From Acidobacteriota bacterium (GTDB lineage: Bacteria; Acidobacteriota; UBA6911; RPQK01; JAJDTT01): a DNA stretch of 64,000 bases. The notes beneath the pieces were generated by a model. The model ran no database searches and had not been told where the DNA came from. It saw only the letters and a program-made list of their open reading frames with translations. Shown one piece after another: positions 56,520-64,000 of this stretch. The stretch lies in assembly GCA_965217775.1 (NCBI GenBank), contig CBDCJH010000002.1:5856001-5920000 (forward strand). Reading direction: 5' to 3'. Position 1 is the first letter of the stretch. The number at the start of each line of letters is the position of its first letter. The position numbers were made by a program, and so were the translations under genes.

Positions 56520-57016
56520 CACGTGGCCCCGCCGGTCCGGACCAGGAGCACGACCGACTGAACGGCAATCCCCTCGCGGCGGCCGATCGTGCCGCAGCCT
56601 TCCATTGTCGTCGCCTTGAGGCCGATCCGTCCCGGCTCCACCGAAAGCAGCCTCGCCAGATTCGCCTTCATGGCCTCCACGTGGGGCTGGATCCGGGGGG
56701 CTTCCGCCAGCACGGTGATGTCCAGGTTGATGACGGCGAACCCCCGGTCCCGGACCAGCTCGTACGCCTTCTCCAAAAGCATCAGACTGGAGCTGTCGCG
56801 GTAAGCCGGATCGGAGTCGGGAAACCAGGTGCCGATGTCCCTCAGCCCGGCGGCGCCCAGCAGGGCGTCGGTCACCGCATGGAGCAGAGCGTCGGCGTCC
56901 GAGTGCCCCTGCAACCCCAGTGGGTGCGGGATCCGGACTCCACCCAGCAAGAGGCGCCGATCCTGTCCAAAAGGGTGAAAGTCGAATCCCAGGCCGACAC
57001 GAAATCCTTCCGTCAT
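56519..57016 (-). CDS. ispF: 2-C-methyl-D-erythritol 2,4-cyclodiphosphate synthase
   Basis: RVGLGFDFH, GHSDADALLHA, DIG..FPD, KATTMEG. Confidence 0.95.
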   Translation of the reverse strand: MTEGFRVGLGFDFHPFGQDRRLLLGGVRIPHPLGLQGHSDADALLHAVTDALLGAAGLRDIGTWFPDSDPAYRDSSSLMLLEKAYELVRDRGFAVINLDITVLAEAPRIQPHVEAMKANLARLLSVEPGRIGLKATTMEGCGTIGRREGIAVQSVVLLVRTGGAT

Positions 57017-57080
57017 GTCCGCACTCGGTTCCTTCGAAGGCCTGGAAGCGTTTCCGAACTGCCGCCCACCGTGCGGGATC

Positions 57081-57731
57081 TCACAGGTCCCCCTCGAATG
57101 TGACCTTGAGGTTCCTGGGGTCTCCCTCCACCGCCTGAATCTCCACTCCAATGCGCTCCACCAGGGAGGCTTCGTCGGTCCCGTAGAAGTCGTCCTGCCC
57201 GGCTTGCCGGACGGCCTCCCTGAGGACTTCGGCCGGAAATCCCTGCGGCGTCTGGGCCAAGCCCAGGCGCTCACGCTCCAAGGTTCGCTCCACCCTGCCC
57301 GAAACCACCTCCTTCACCGTGTCCCGAATCTTCAGGATAGGGACCGCAGCGCTCCCTCGGCAGACCGCCCGGATCACCCGGGCTATGAGCGGGGCATCAA
57401 CGAAGGGCCGGGCCGCATCGTGGACCAGGACGATCTCCACGCGAGGCGAGAGTAGTTGGAGACCCCTGGCCACGGTATCCTGACGGTGGCGCCCACCTGG
57501 GGCCACCCGTAACTTCTTGTCCCTGGAAGCCCCTGTCGACAGCTCCTTTCGGACCGTCTCGATCCAGTCGTCCGGCACCAGTATCACCGCCTCGTCCAGG
57601 AAGGGAAGGAAGGGATCGAGGGCCAGCCGATAAAGGCGCTCCCCTCCCATCCTCAAGAACTGTTTTGGGATCTGGGAGCCGAAACGGGAGCCCTTGCCGG
57701 CAGCCGCCAGAATCAGTCCGGTCAATGTCAA
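57081..57731 (-). CDS. ispD: 2-C-methyl-D-erythritol 4-phosphate cytidylyltransferase
   Basis: AAGKGSRF..PKQF, GG..RQDTV, LVHDAARPF, AQTPQGF, TDEAS, NLKVT; TTG start overlaps the radA stop. Confidence 0.93.
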   Translation of the reverse strand: MTLTGLILAAAGKGSRFGSQIPKQFLRMGGERLYRLALDPFLPFLDEAVILVPDDWIETVRKELSTGASRDKKLRVAPGGRHRQDTVARGLQLLSPRVEIVLVHDAARPFVDAPLIARVIRAVCRGSAAVPILKIRDTVKEVVSGRVERTLERERLGLAQTPQGFPAEVLREAVRQAGQDDFYGTDEASLVERIGVEIQAVEGDPRNLKVTFEGDL

Positions 57732-59095
57732 GGCCCGATTCCCGGGAACGCGATCGCTTCGAGGCACTCGCCGACCGTGGCCACGCCCTGCAAAGAGACC
57801 CCACGAACCGGTTCACTCAAAGGCAGGCTGTTGGCGGGCAGAATCAGGTTTCGAAATCCCATCATTGACGCTTCCTTGACCCGGTTTTGGGGGAAGCTGA
57901 CGGCCCGGATCTCACCAGCGAGGCCGACTTCTCCGAAGACGACCGTCGACTCGGGAAGAGGGTGGTTTCCCAGGCTCGACACGATGGCTGCAACGATGGC
58001 CAGGTCCACTCCCGGCTCGGTCAAGGAGAAGCCGCCGGCAACGTTGATGTAGACGTCGCTACCCAGAAGATCCAGCCCCAGACGCTTCTCCAGCATGGCC
58101 AGGAGCAGTGCCACCCGGTTGGAGTCGACTCCGTCCGTCATCCGCCTGGCGGCGCTGAAACCACTCTGGCTGACCAGAGCCTGGACTTCCACGAGAACCG
58201 GCCTCGAACCCTCCATGGTGCAGGTGACGGCGGATCCCGAAACTTGCTCGCTACGCTGGGACAGGAATAGCCTGGACGGATTCTCGACGCAGCGGAGTCC
58301 GCGGCTGGACATTTCGAAGATGCCCAGCTCGTTGGACGGACCGAATCGGTTCTTGACCGCCCGGACGATCTTTTCGTTCCGGTGACGAGTCCCCTCGAAG
58401 TAGAGCACCACGTCCACAATGTGCTCCAGCGCCTTGGGCCCGGCCAGAGCGCCGTCTTTGGTGATGTGTCCGATCAGAAGGATCGGAACACCCTCCCGCT
58501 TGGCAAAGACCAGAAGCTCGGCGGCGCAGTCCCGAATCTGGCTGATGCTGCCCGGGATGGAATCGGAGGCCTCGCTGAACACGGTCTGGATCGAGTCCAC
58601 GATCACCACCGACGGCCGGAGGCTCCCGATCTGGTCCAGGATCCGCTCCAGACAGGTCTCTCCCAGCAGGTAGAGCCGCGTCCCCTTGACCTGCAACCGA
58701 TCACCGCGAAGGCGAATCTGCTCGACGGACTCCTCTCCCGCCACGTAGAGGACAGGCTGGCCCTGGTTCGAGAGGCTCTCGGCCACCTGAAGCAAAAGGG
58801 TCGACTTGCCGATTCCCGGCTCTCCTCCCAACAGAATCAGGGAACCGGGCACGATCCCGCCGCCCAGGGTCCGGTCGACCTCCGAGTTGCCCGTAGTCAT
58901 CCGTTGCAGCCCGCTGCCCTGAATCTCAGCGTAAGCGTGCGCCGGCACGGCCGGTCTGGATTTACCCGAAGTGGAAACCTTTTCCTCCACCAGGGCGTTC
59001 CAGTCACCGCAAGAGGGGCAACGGCCGAACCACTTGGGACTCTGGAAGCCGCACTCGCTGCAGACGTGCAGGTGCTTGAGAGGGGCTGCAACCAT
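57728..59095 (-). CDS. radA: DNA repair protein RadA/Sms
   Basis: CSECG...CPSC zinc finger, GEPGIGKSTLL, KNRFG. Confidence 0.97.
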   Translation of the reverse strand: MVAAPLKHLHVCSECGFQSPKWFGRCPSCGDWNALVEEKVSTSGKSRPAVPAHAYAEIQGSGLQRMTTGNSEVDRTLGGGIVPGSLILLGGEPGIGKSTLLLQVAESLSNQGQPVLYVAGEESVEQIRLRGDRLQVKGTRLYLLGETCLERILDQIGSLRPSVVIVDSIQTVFSEASDSIPGSISQIRDCAAELLVFAKREGVPILLIGHITKDGALAGPKALEHIVDVVLYFEGTRHRNEKIVRAVKNRFGPSNELGIFEMSSRGLRCVENPSRLFLSQRSEQVSGSAVTCTMEGSRPVLVEVQALVSQSGFSAARRMTDGVDSNRVALLLAMLEKRLGLDLLGSDVYINVAGGFSLTEPGVDLAIVAAIVSSLGNHPLPESTVVFGEVGLAGEIRAVSFPQNRVKEASMMGFRNLILPANSLPLSEPVRGVSLQGVATVGECLEAIAFPGIGP

Positions 59096-59109
59096 TGTGG
59101 GAATTCTAT

Positions 59110-59160
59110 CAGCCCGTGGTGAAAGTCGTCGCTTCCGGTCCGGCAGAGGCTGCGCCGTCT
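59110..59160. repeat. Partial copy (left end) of the ~160-bp MITE-like family
   Basis: CAGCCCGTGGTGAAAGTCG...GGCTGCGCC between the dnaB stop and the radA start. Confidence 0.6.
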
Positions 59161-59165
59161 CCGGG

Positions 59166-60515
59166 CTATGCGGGGTTCTCGAAACGGGTCCACTGATCCA
59201 CGAACGCCAGCTTCACCCGGCCAGTGGGACCGTTTCGCTGTTTGCCGATGATGATCTGGGCATAGCGGTCCTCGTCGTCCAGGTCCTCCTCTTTCTTGTA
59301 GAAGGACTCTCGAAAGATGAAGAGGACCACGTCGGCGTCCTGCTCGATGGAACCGGACTCGCGCAGATCCGACAGCAGGGGCTCGTGGTTCCCACGCCTC
59401 TGCTCCGGAGCCCGGCTCAACTGGGAGATGGCGATCAGAGGCAGGTTCAGCTCTTTGGCAAGAGCCTTCAGCGACCGGCTGATGGTGGATATCTCCTGCT
59501 GCCGGTTCTCGTGGCGCCGGCGTCCGGAGGCCTCTCCCGACATCAGCTGGAGATAATCCACGATGAGCAGATCCAGTCCCTGTTCCGACGCCAGCCGCCG
59601 GGACTTGGAACGCATCTCCAACAGGGAGATGCCGGGAGTGTCGTCGATGAAGAGCCGAGCCTGGGAGAGGCGGCTCAGAGCGCCGGCCATCAAAGTCCAG
59701 TCCTGTTTGGAAAGGAATCCGGAGCGCATTTTGTGGCTGTCCACCCGAGCCTCGGAGCAGAGCAGCCGCAGCGCCAACTGCTGGGAGGACATCTCCAGGC
59801 TGAATACACCCGCCACCTTCTGCTGCTGCACCGTCACGTGCTGGGCAATGTTCAGTGCCAGACTGGTCTTTCCCAGACCGGGCCGCGCCGCGATGATGAT
59901 GAGATCGGAGTCCTGCAGGCCCGACATCATCTGATCCAGTTGGGTGAAGCCCGTGGCGACCCCGGTGACCACTCCCTTGTGCTCGTTGAGGCGCTCCACG
60001 TGCCTGTAGGCCGAGGAAAGGAGTTCCTGCAGAGGGGCGAATCCGGTGCGGGATCTTTCTTGGCCGATCTGGAAAATGGCCTTCTCCGCCTCCTCCAGGA
60101 GGAGACCGGGATCCTCCTCGTCGGAAAAACTGCGATTCAGAATGTCATTGGCGGAGTGGACCAGCTTTCGAAGGATGGCCTTCTCCTTGACGATGCGGGC
60201 GTAGTGTTCGATGTTGGAGACACGGGGAACGCCGTCCACGAGAGAGGCGATATAGGAAACGCCTCCGACCGCGTCCAGGTCGGTGCTCCGCGCCAATTCT
60301 TCCCGCAAGGTCAGGATGTCGATGGCCCGGGACGCTCCGGCCAGGGAGACGATGGTGTCGTAGATGCGGCGGTGGCTTTCCAGATAGAAGTCTTCGCTGA
60401 CCAGCAACTCGGCCGCCTGGTCGAATACCTGGTTGTCCAGCAGCACCGCCCCCAGGACGGCTCGCTCGGCTTCGGCGCTGTGGGGGAGTGTCTTCTCCAG
60501 GGAGGAGGAATTCAT
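59166..60515 (-). CDS. dnaB: Replicative DNA helicase
   Basis: PHSAEAERAVLG, AARPGLGKT, IVDYLQLM, SQLSR, DLRESGSIEQDAD, KQRNGPTG; no intein seen. Confidence 0.97.
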   Translation of the reverse strand: MNSSSLEKTLPHSAEAERAVLGAVLLDNQVFDQAAELLVSEDFYLESHRRIYDTIVSLAGASRAIDILTLREELARSTDLDAVGGVSYIASLVDGVPRVSNIEHYARIVKEKAILRKLVHSANDILNRSFSDEEDPGLLLEEAEKAIFQIGQERSRTGFAPLQELLSSAYRHVERLNEHKGVVTGVATGFTQLDQMMSGLQDSDLIIIAARPGLGKTSLALNIAQHVTVQQQKVAGVFSLEMSSQQLALRLLCSEARVDSHKMRSGFLSKQDWTLMAGALSRLSQARLFIDDTPGISLLEMRSKSRRLASEQGLDLLIVDYLQLMSGEASGRRRHENRQQEISTISRSLKALAKELNLPLIAISQLSRAPEQRRGNHEPLLSDLRESGSIEQDADVVLFIFRESFYKKEEDLDDEDRYAQIIIGKQRNGPTGRVKLAFVDQWTRFENPA

Positions 60516-60646
60516 GTGCCCCGATTATATGGGGATTGGCGCAGGATGCGGAAGTCGGTCAACAAGCCCGACGCGATTGTCACGGCTGTGGTGGACTGGG
60601 AGTCTGCGCGGTAGATCAATTTCTGCGGCGCAGGCTCCCAGGAAAT

Positions 60647-61222
60647 CTACTGTTCACCGACTTCCGAATCGGGAGTTTCGATTCGGGTTGGTTTCAACTC
60701 ATCGACCAGGAACTCCAACTCGGCCACCAACCGGTTGGACTCGTCATCCTGCCGTTTCAGCCGCTGCAGCGGAGCCTCTTCCTCGGGAACGATGGAGACC
60801 AGAAGTTGGGCCGTGACCTCGGCGTGACACCGGATGTCCAACCGGTAGTTGCCGATGCTCTTGATGGGGTGCTCCAGCGTGATCTTGCGGCGATCCACTT
60901 CGATCCCGTTTGCGGAGAGCAGGTCGGAGACATCTCTCGACGTCACCGAGCCGAACAGCACTCCCGTTTCTCCCGCCCTTCGACTCAGCACTGCGTGCCG
61001 GCTCGTCAATTCTTCGGCCAGAAGCTCGGCCTCTGTCTTGTTTTTCGCCTCCCGCCGGGCCTGGGCCAGCCGCTGCGCCTCCACCAGCTTCAGGTTGGCC
61101 GGAGTAGAAAGCAGGGCCAGCCCCTTGGGCAGCAGGTAGTTTCGGCCGTAGCCATTGGCCACGCGAACCACATCGCCGCGCCGCCCCAGATGCTCGACGT
61201 CACCCACCAGAATCAGTTCCAT
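60647..61222 (-). CDS. rplI: 50S ribosomal protein L9 (with C-terminal extension)
   Basis: LGRRGDVVRVANGYGRNYLLP, LFGSVT. Confidence 0.95.
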   Translation of the reverse strand: MELILVGDVEHLGRRGDVVRVANGYGRNYLLPKGLALLSTPANLKLVEAQRLAQARREAKNKTEAELLAEELTSRHAVLSRRAGETGVLFGSVTSRDVSDLLSANGIEVDRRKITLEHPIKSIGNYRLDIRCHAEVTAQLLVSIVPEEEAPLQRLKRQDDESNRLVAELEFLVDELKPTRIETPDSEVGEQ

Positions 61223-61258
61223 GGTCGTGCCCCTCAGTGGAAAAACAGTGGGCGGAGA

Positions 61259-61471
61259 TCAGTCCGAGACGTAGGGAAGGAGGGCCAGATGGCGAGCCCG
61301 CTTCAAGGCTCGCTTCAACTTGCGCTGGTGTGGCGCACAGACGCCGCTGAGCCTGCGGGGAGAAATCTTGGCCCGCTCCGGCACGTACTGATTCAGCATC
61401 CTCACATCTTTGAAGTCGATGTATTCGATCTTGTCGGCGCAGAACTTGCAAAACCTGCGTCTTCTAGGCAT
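61259..61471 (-). CDS. rpsR: 30S ribosomal protein S18 (Zn-binding C+ type)
   Basis: RRRFCKFC...IDFKD...[16 protein letters not shown]...[10 protein letters not shown]. Confidence 0.96.
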   Translation of the reverse strand: MPRRRRFCKFCADKIEYIDFKDVRMLNQYVPERAKISPRRLSGVCAPHQRKLKRALKRARHLALLPYVSD

Positions 61472-61862
61472 GGCTTGCTTCCCGGGACGTGGAACCCTCT
61501 GCCGGCGCTGGTGATTCCGGCTCAGTCTTCCGTCGTTCCTTCCTCCTCTTTCTACCTTCGGCGCGCTTTCGCTCCAAGTCGACGCGAATGGTGAGGAAGC
61601 GGATGATGGAGTCACTGACCTTGCCCCGCCGCTCCACTTCACGCACCGCGTCGTTGGTGTCGGCCCGCAAGGTGAAAATGACGTAGTGCCCGTCGGTGTG
61701 CTTCTTGACCGGAAAGGCCAAGCGCCGGCGCCCCCATCTGTCCACATTGGCCACCTCGGCCCCGCGTTCCTCGGCGGCCTGGCTAAGGCTGTCGATTATG
61801 GTCTGGATCTGCTCCTCGTCCAGCGTAGGAGCCAGAATGAAAATTGCCTCGTATTCCCTCAT
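61464..61862 (-). CDS. rpsF: 30S ribosomal protein S6
   Basis: [24 protein letters not shown]...GHY, IIRFL. Confidence 0.96.
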   Translation of the reverse strand: MREYEAIFILAPTLDEEQIQTIIDSLSQAAEERGAEVANVDRWGRRRLAFPVKKHTDGHYVIFTLRADTNDAVREVERRGKVSDSIIRFLTIRVDLERKRAEGRKRRKERRKTEPESPAPAEGSTSREASHA

Positions 61863-61971
61863 TCGACTGCTCGATCCTCTGTGGTTCGAACCATATTTTC
61901 GGAAGTTGCTCAGTGTAGCACAGCCCCGGTCTTTGCTGACAGCGTGGAGCCGTATCCACCGAGGCCGGCTA

Positions 61972-62032
61972 GCAGTCCGCCGGGATGCAGGGGCGGTCGA
62001 ATGCCGTGAGGACTTTTACCATGGGCTGCTAA
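61972..62032. repeat. Partial copy (right half) of the ~160-bp MITE-like family
   Basis: GCAGTCCGCCGGGATGCAG...GGTCGAATGCCG...GACTTTTACCATGGGCTGCTA matches about 51464-51522. Confidence 0.65.
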
Positions 62033-64000
62033 ACCAACAGCGGTGCGATCACCAGTGCGACGATGGACATGAGCTTGACCAGGATGTTCATGGACGGACC
62101 GCTCGTGTCCTTGAACGGATCCCCCACGGTGTCTCCCACCACGGCCGCCTTGTGGGCGTCCGAGCCCTTGCCTCCCAGGATGCCCTCCTCGATCATCTTC
62201 TTGGCATTGTCCCAGGCGCCTCCTGAGTTGGACATGAAGAGCGCCAACAGCACGCCCACCAGCATCGACCCGGCCAGCATTCCCCCCAGAGAATGGGGTC
62301 CCAGCACGAAACCGACGATGACCGGGGCCGCCACGGCGGTGATACCGGGAGCCACCATCTCCTTCAGAGCCGCCCGGGTGGAGATATCGATGCACCGAGT
62401 CGTGTCCGGTTCGGCCTCGCCCTCCATGAGCCCCGGAATCTCCCTGAACTGGCGCCGGACCTCCTCCACCATCTTGAAGGCCGCACGTCCCACCGAGGAC
62501 ATGGTGAGGTTCCCGATGAAGAAGGGGAGGGCTCCCCCGATGAAGAAGCCGACAACGACCCGGGGATCGATGAGATCCAGCTGAAGCTGTTTGCCGGGCA
62601 GACTCTGGGCCACGGTCTGAGCATAGGCCGAAAACAGGGCCAGAGCGGTGAGCGCCGCCGAGCCGATGGCGAAACCCTTGCCGATGGCGGCGGTGGTATT
62701 GCCCAGGGAATCCAGGCTGTCGGTGATCTTCCGGACGTCGGGCCCCAAGCCGCTCATCTCGGAGATCCCGCCGGCATTGTCTGCTATGGGGCCGTAGGCG
62801 TCGACCGACATGGTCACACCCACCGTCGCCAGCATGCCCACCGCGGCGATCCCGATTCCGTAGAGGCCTGCGAAGTTGTAGGCGACAAGGATGGTCCCGG
62901 CGATGGTCAGTATGGGGAGAGCCGTCGACTCCATCCCCACGGCCAGACCCGAGATGATGTTGGTGGCGACGCCGGTCTTGCAGGATTCGGCAATGCGACG
63001 GACCGGCTTGCCCGAGGTATACCACTCGGTAAGCAATCCAATGAGGACTCCTGCGACGGCCCCGACCAAGACCGCATAGAAGACGCCCGACTCGAGTTCC
63101 AGCGCACGGACCGCGACCCAGGTCCCCGCCAGCAGGAGCAGGGCGCTCACATACGTGGCATTGCGGAGCACCGCAGCCGGACTGAGATTGCGGAGCACGC
63201 GAATGGAAACCACACCGATGAGCGAAGCGATCAGGCCGATGGCGATGACCACCAGGGGAAACAGCATGTAACGGCTCTTCTCAGCGTCCCCGATCATGAG
63301 TATCTGACTGGTCCCGGCCGCCGCGATGGCAATAGTGGCGATCACCGAGCCGACGTAACTCTCGAAAATGTCCGCTCCCATACCGGCCGTGTCTCCGACA
63401 CAATCGCCCACGTTGTCGGCGATGGTGGCCGGGTTTCTCGGGTCATCCTCGGGAATTCCCGCTTCCACCTTGCCTACCAGATCGGCGCCCACGTCCGCCG
63501 TCTTGGTATAGATTCCGCCGCCCACTCTGGCGAAAAGTGCGATGGAGCTGGCGCCCATGGCAAAACCGTTGATGTCGCGCGCGGAAATGAAGCCGTTGCT
63601 GTAGAGCAGGAAGGCGATGCAGATGCCCAACATGCCCAGGCTGGCAACCGAGAGCCCCATCACGGCTCCTCCGGAGAAGGCCACGTTAAGGGCGTCGCCG
63701 ATACCGGAGGCTGAGGCGGCCTGTGTGGTTCGGACGTTGGCGCGGGTCGCCGCCTTCAAGCCGAAAAAACCGGCAATCATGGACAGGACCGCTCCGGCCA
63801 GAAAGGCCATTCCGGTTCCCGCCGAAAGACTCCACCAGAGCAGTAGGAAGACCACCACGACGAAGATGGCCAGAATCCCGTACTCCCGGCGCAGAAACAC
63901 CATGGCTCCGTCATGGATCGTGTCGGAGATGCGGCGCATCGTCTCGTTCTGAATGTCTATCTTGGTGATGAACCGGTAGATCAGGCCGGCTGCAAGGAGT
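62029..64000 (-). CDS. hppA: Membrane-bound K+-dependent (probably Na+-translocating) pyrophosphatase, 5' end outside window
   Basis: [60 protein letters not shown]; frame stays open to the window edge. Confidence 0.95.
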   Translation of the reverse strand, partial: LLAAGLIYRFITKIDIQNETMRRISDTIHDGAMVFLRREYGILAIFVVVVFLLLWWSLSAGTGMAFLAGAVLSMIAGFFGLKAATRANVRTTQAASASGIGDALNVAFSGGAVMGLSVASLGMLGICIAFLLYSNGFISARDINGFAMGASSIALFARVGGGIYTKTADVGADLVGKVEAGIPEDDPRNPATIADNVGDCVGDTAGMGADIFESYVGSVIATIAIAAAGTSQILMIGDAEKSRYMLFPLVVIAIGLIASLIGVVSIRVLRNLSPAAVLRNATYVSALLLLAGTWVAVRALELESGVFYAVLVGAVAGVLIGLLTEWYTSGKPVRRIAESCKTGVATNIISGLAVGMESTALPILTIAGTILVAYNFAGLYGIGIAAVGMLATVGVTMSVDAYGPIADNAGGISEMSGLGPDVRKITDSLDSLGNTTAAIGKGFAIGSAALTALALFSAYAQTVAQSLPGKQLQLDLIDPRVVVGFFIGGALPFFIGNLTMSSVGRAAFKMVEEVRRQFREIPGLMEGEAEPDTTRCIDISTRAALKEMVAPGITAVAAPVIVGFVLGPHSLGGMLAGSMLVGVLLALFMSNSGGAWDNAKKMIEEGILGGKGSDAHKAAVVGDTVGDPFKDTSGPSMNILVKLMSIVALVIAPLLV

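Noticed and set aside
59166-60515. Intein in dnaB
   Set aside because: Length (449 aa) and contiguous motifs are normal
58971-60614. 547-aa plus-strand ORF opposite dnaB
   Set aside because: Antisense shadow of a conserved gene
61863-61915. S6:S18 autoregulatory leader RNA
   Set aside because: A CCG is present but I could not establish the conserved stem by eye

Overview
GC-rich bacterial chromosome segment; the gene repertoire (many Tat/Sec-exported enzymes, DUF1080, PQQ-cytochrome c, FecR/DUF6600 proteins) suggests Acidobacteriota (inference). Bases 1-48.7k are an accessory region. It holds an eroded phd/vapC pair and two tandem FecR/DUF6600 paralogues with Ser/Arg-rich tails behind matching ECF-type promoters. 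It also has a coupled operon (Tat-exported alpha-hydroxy-acid oxidase, beta-propeller, tetraheme cytochrome c) followed by a PhoD-like gene, and a small decayed defence/TA islet (MNT-HEPN, TIR, DinJ-YafQ). Further on are a glycan-processing cluster with three GHL10-like TIM barrels, a PQQ dehydrogenase, ComA and a GcvT-family gene. Bases 48.7k-64k are housekeeping genes: thrB, aroD-aroE fusion, pgsA, uvrC, yjjX, suhB, ispF, ispD, radA, dnaB, rplI, rpsR, rpsF and a partial hppA. Intergenic DNA carries GGAG-footed REP-like hairpins and two MITE-like palindromic families. Several genes look leaderless, and for some the extended -10 is partly supplied by a MITE end. No rRNA, tRNA, CRISPR array, integrase or transposase was recognised. 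All product calls come from motif recognition by eye, not from database searches.
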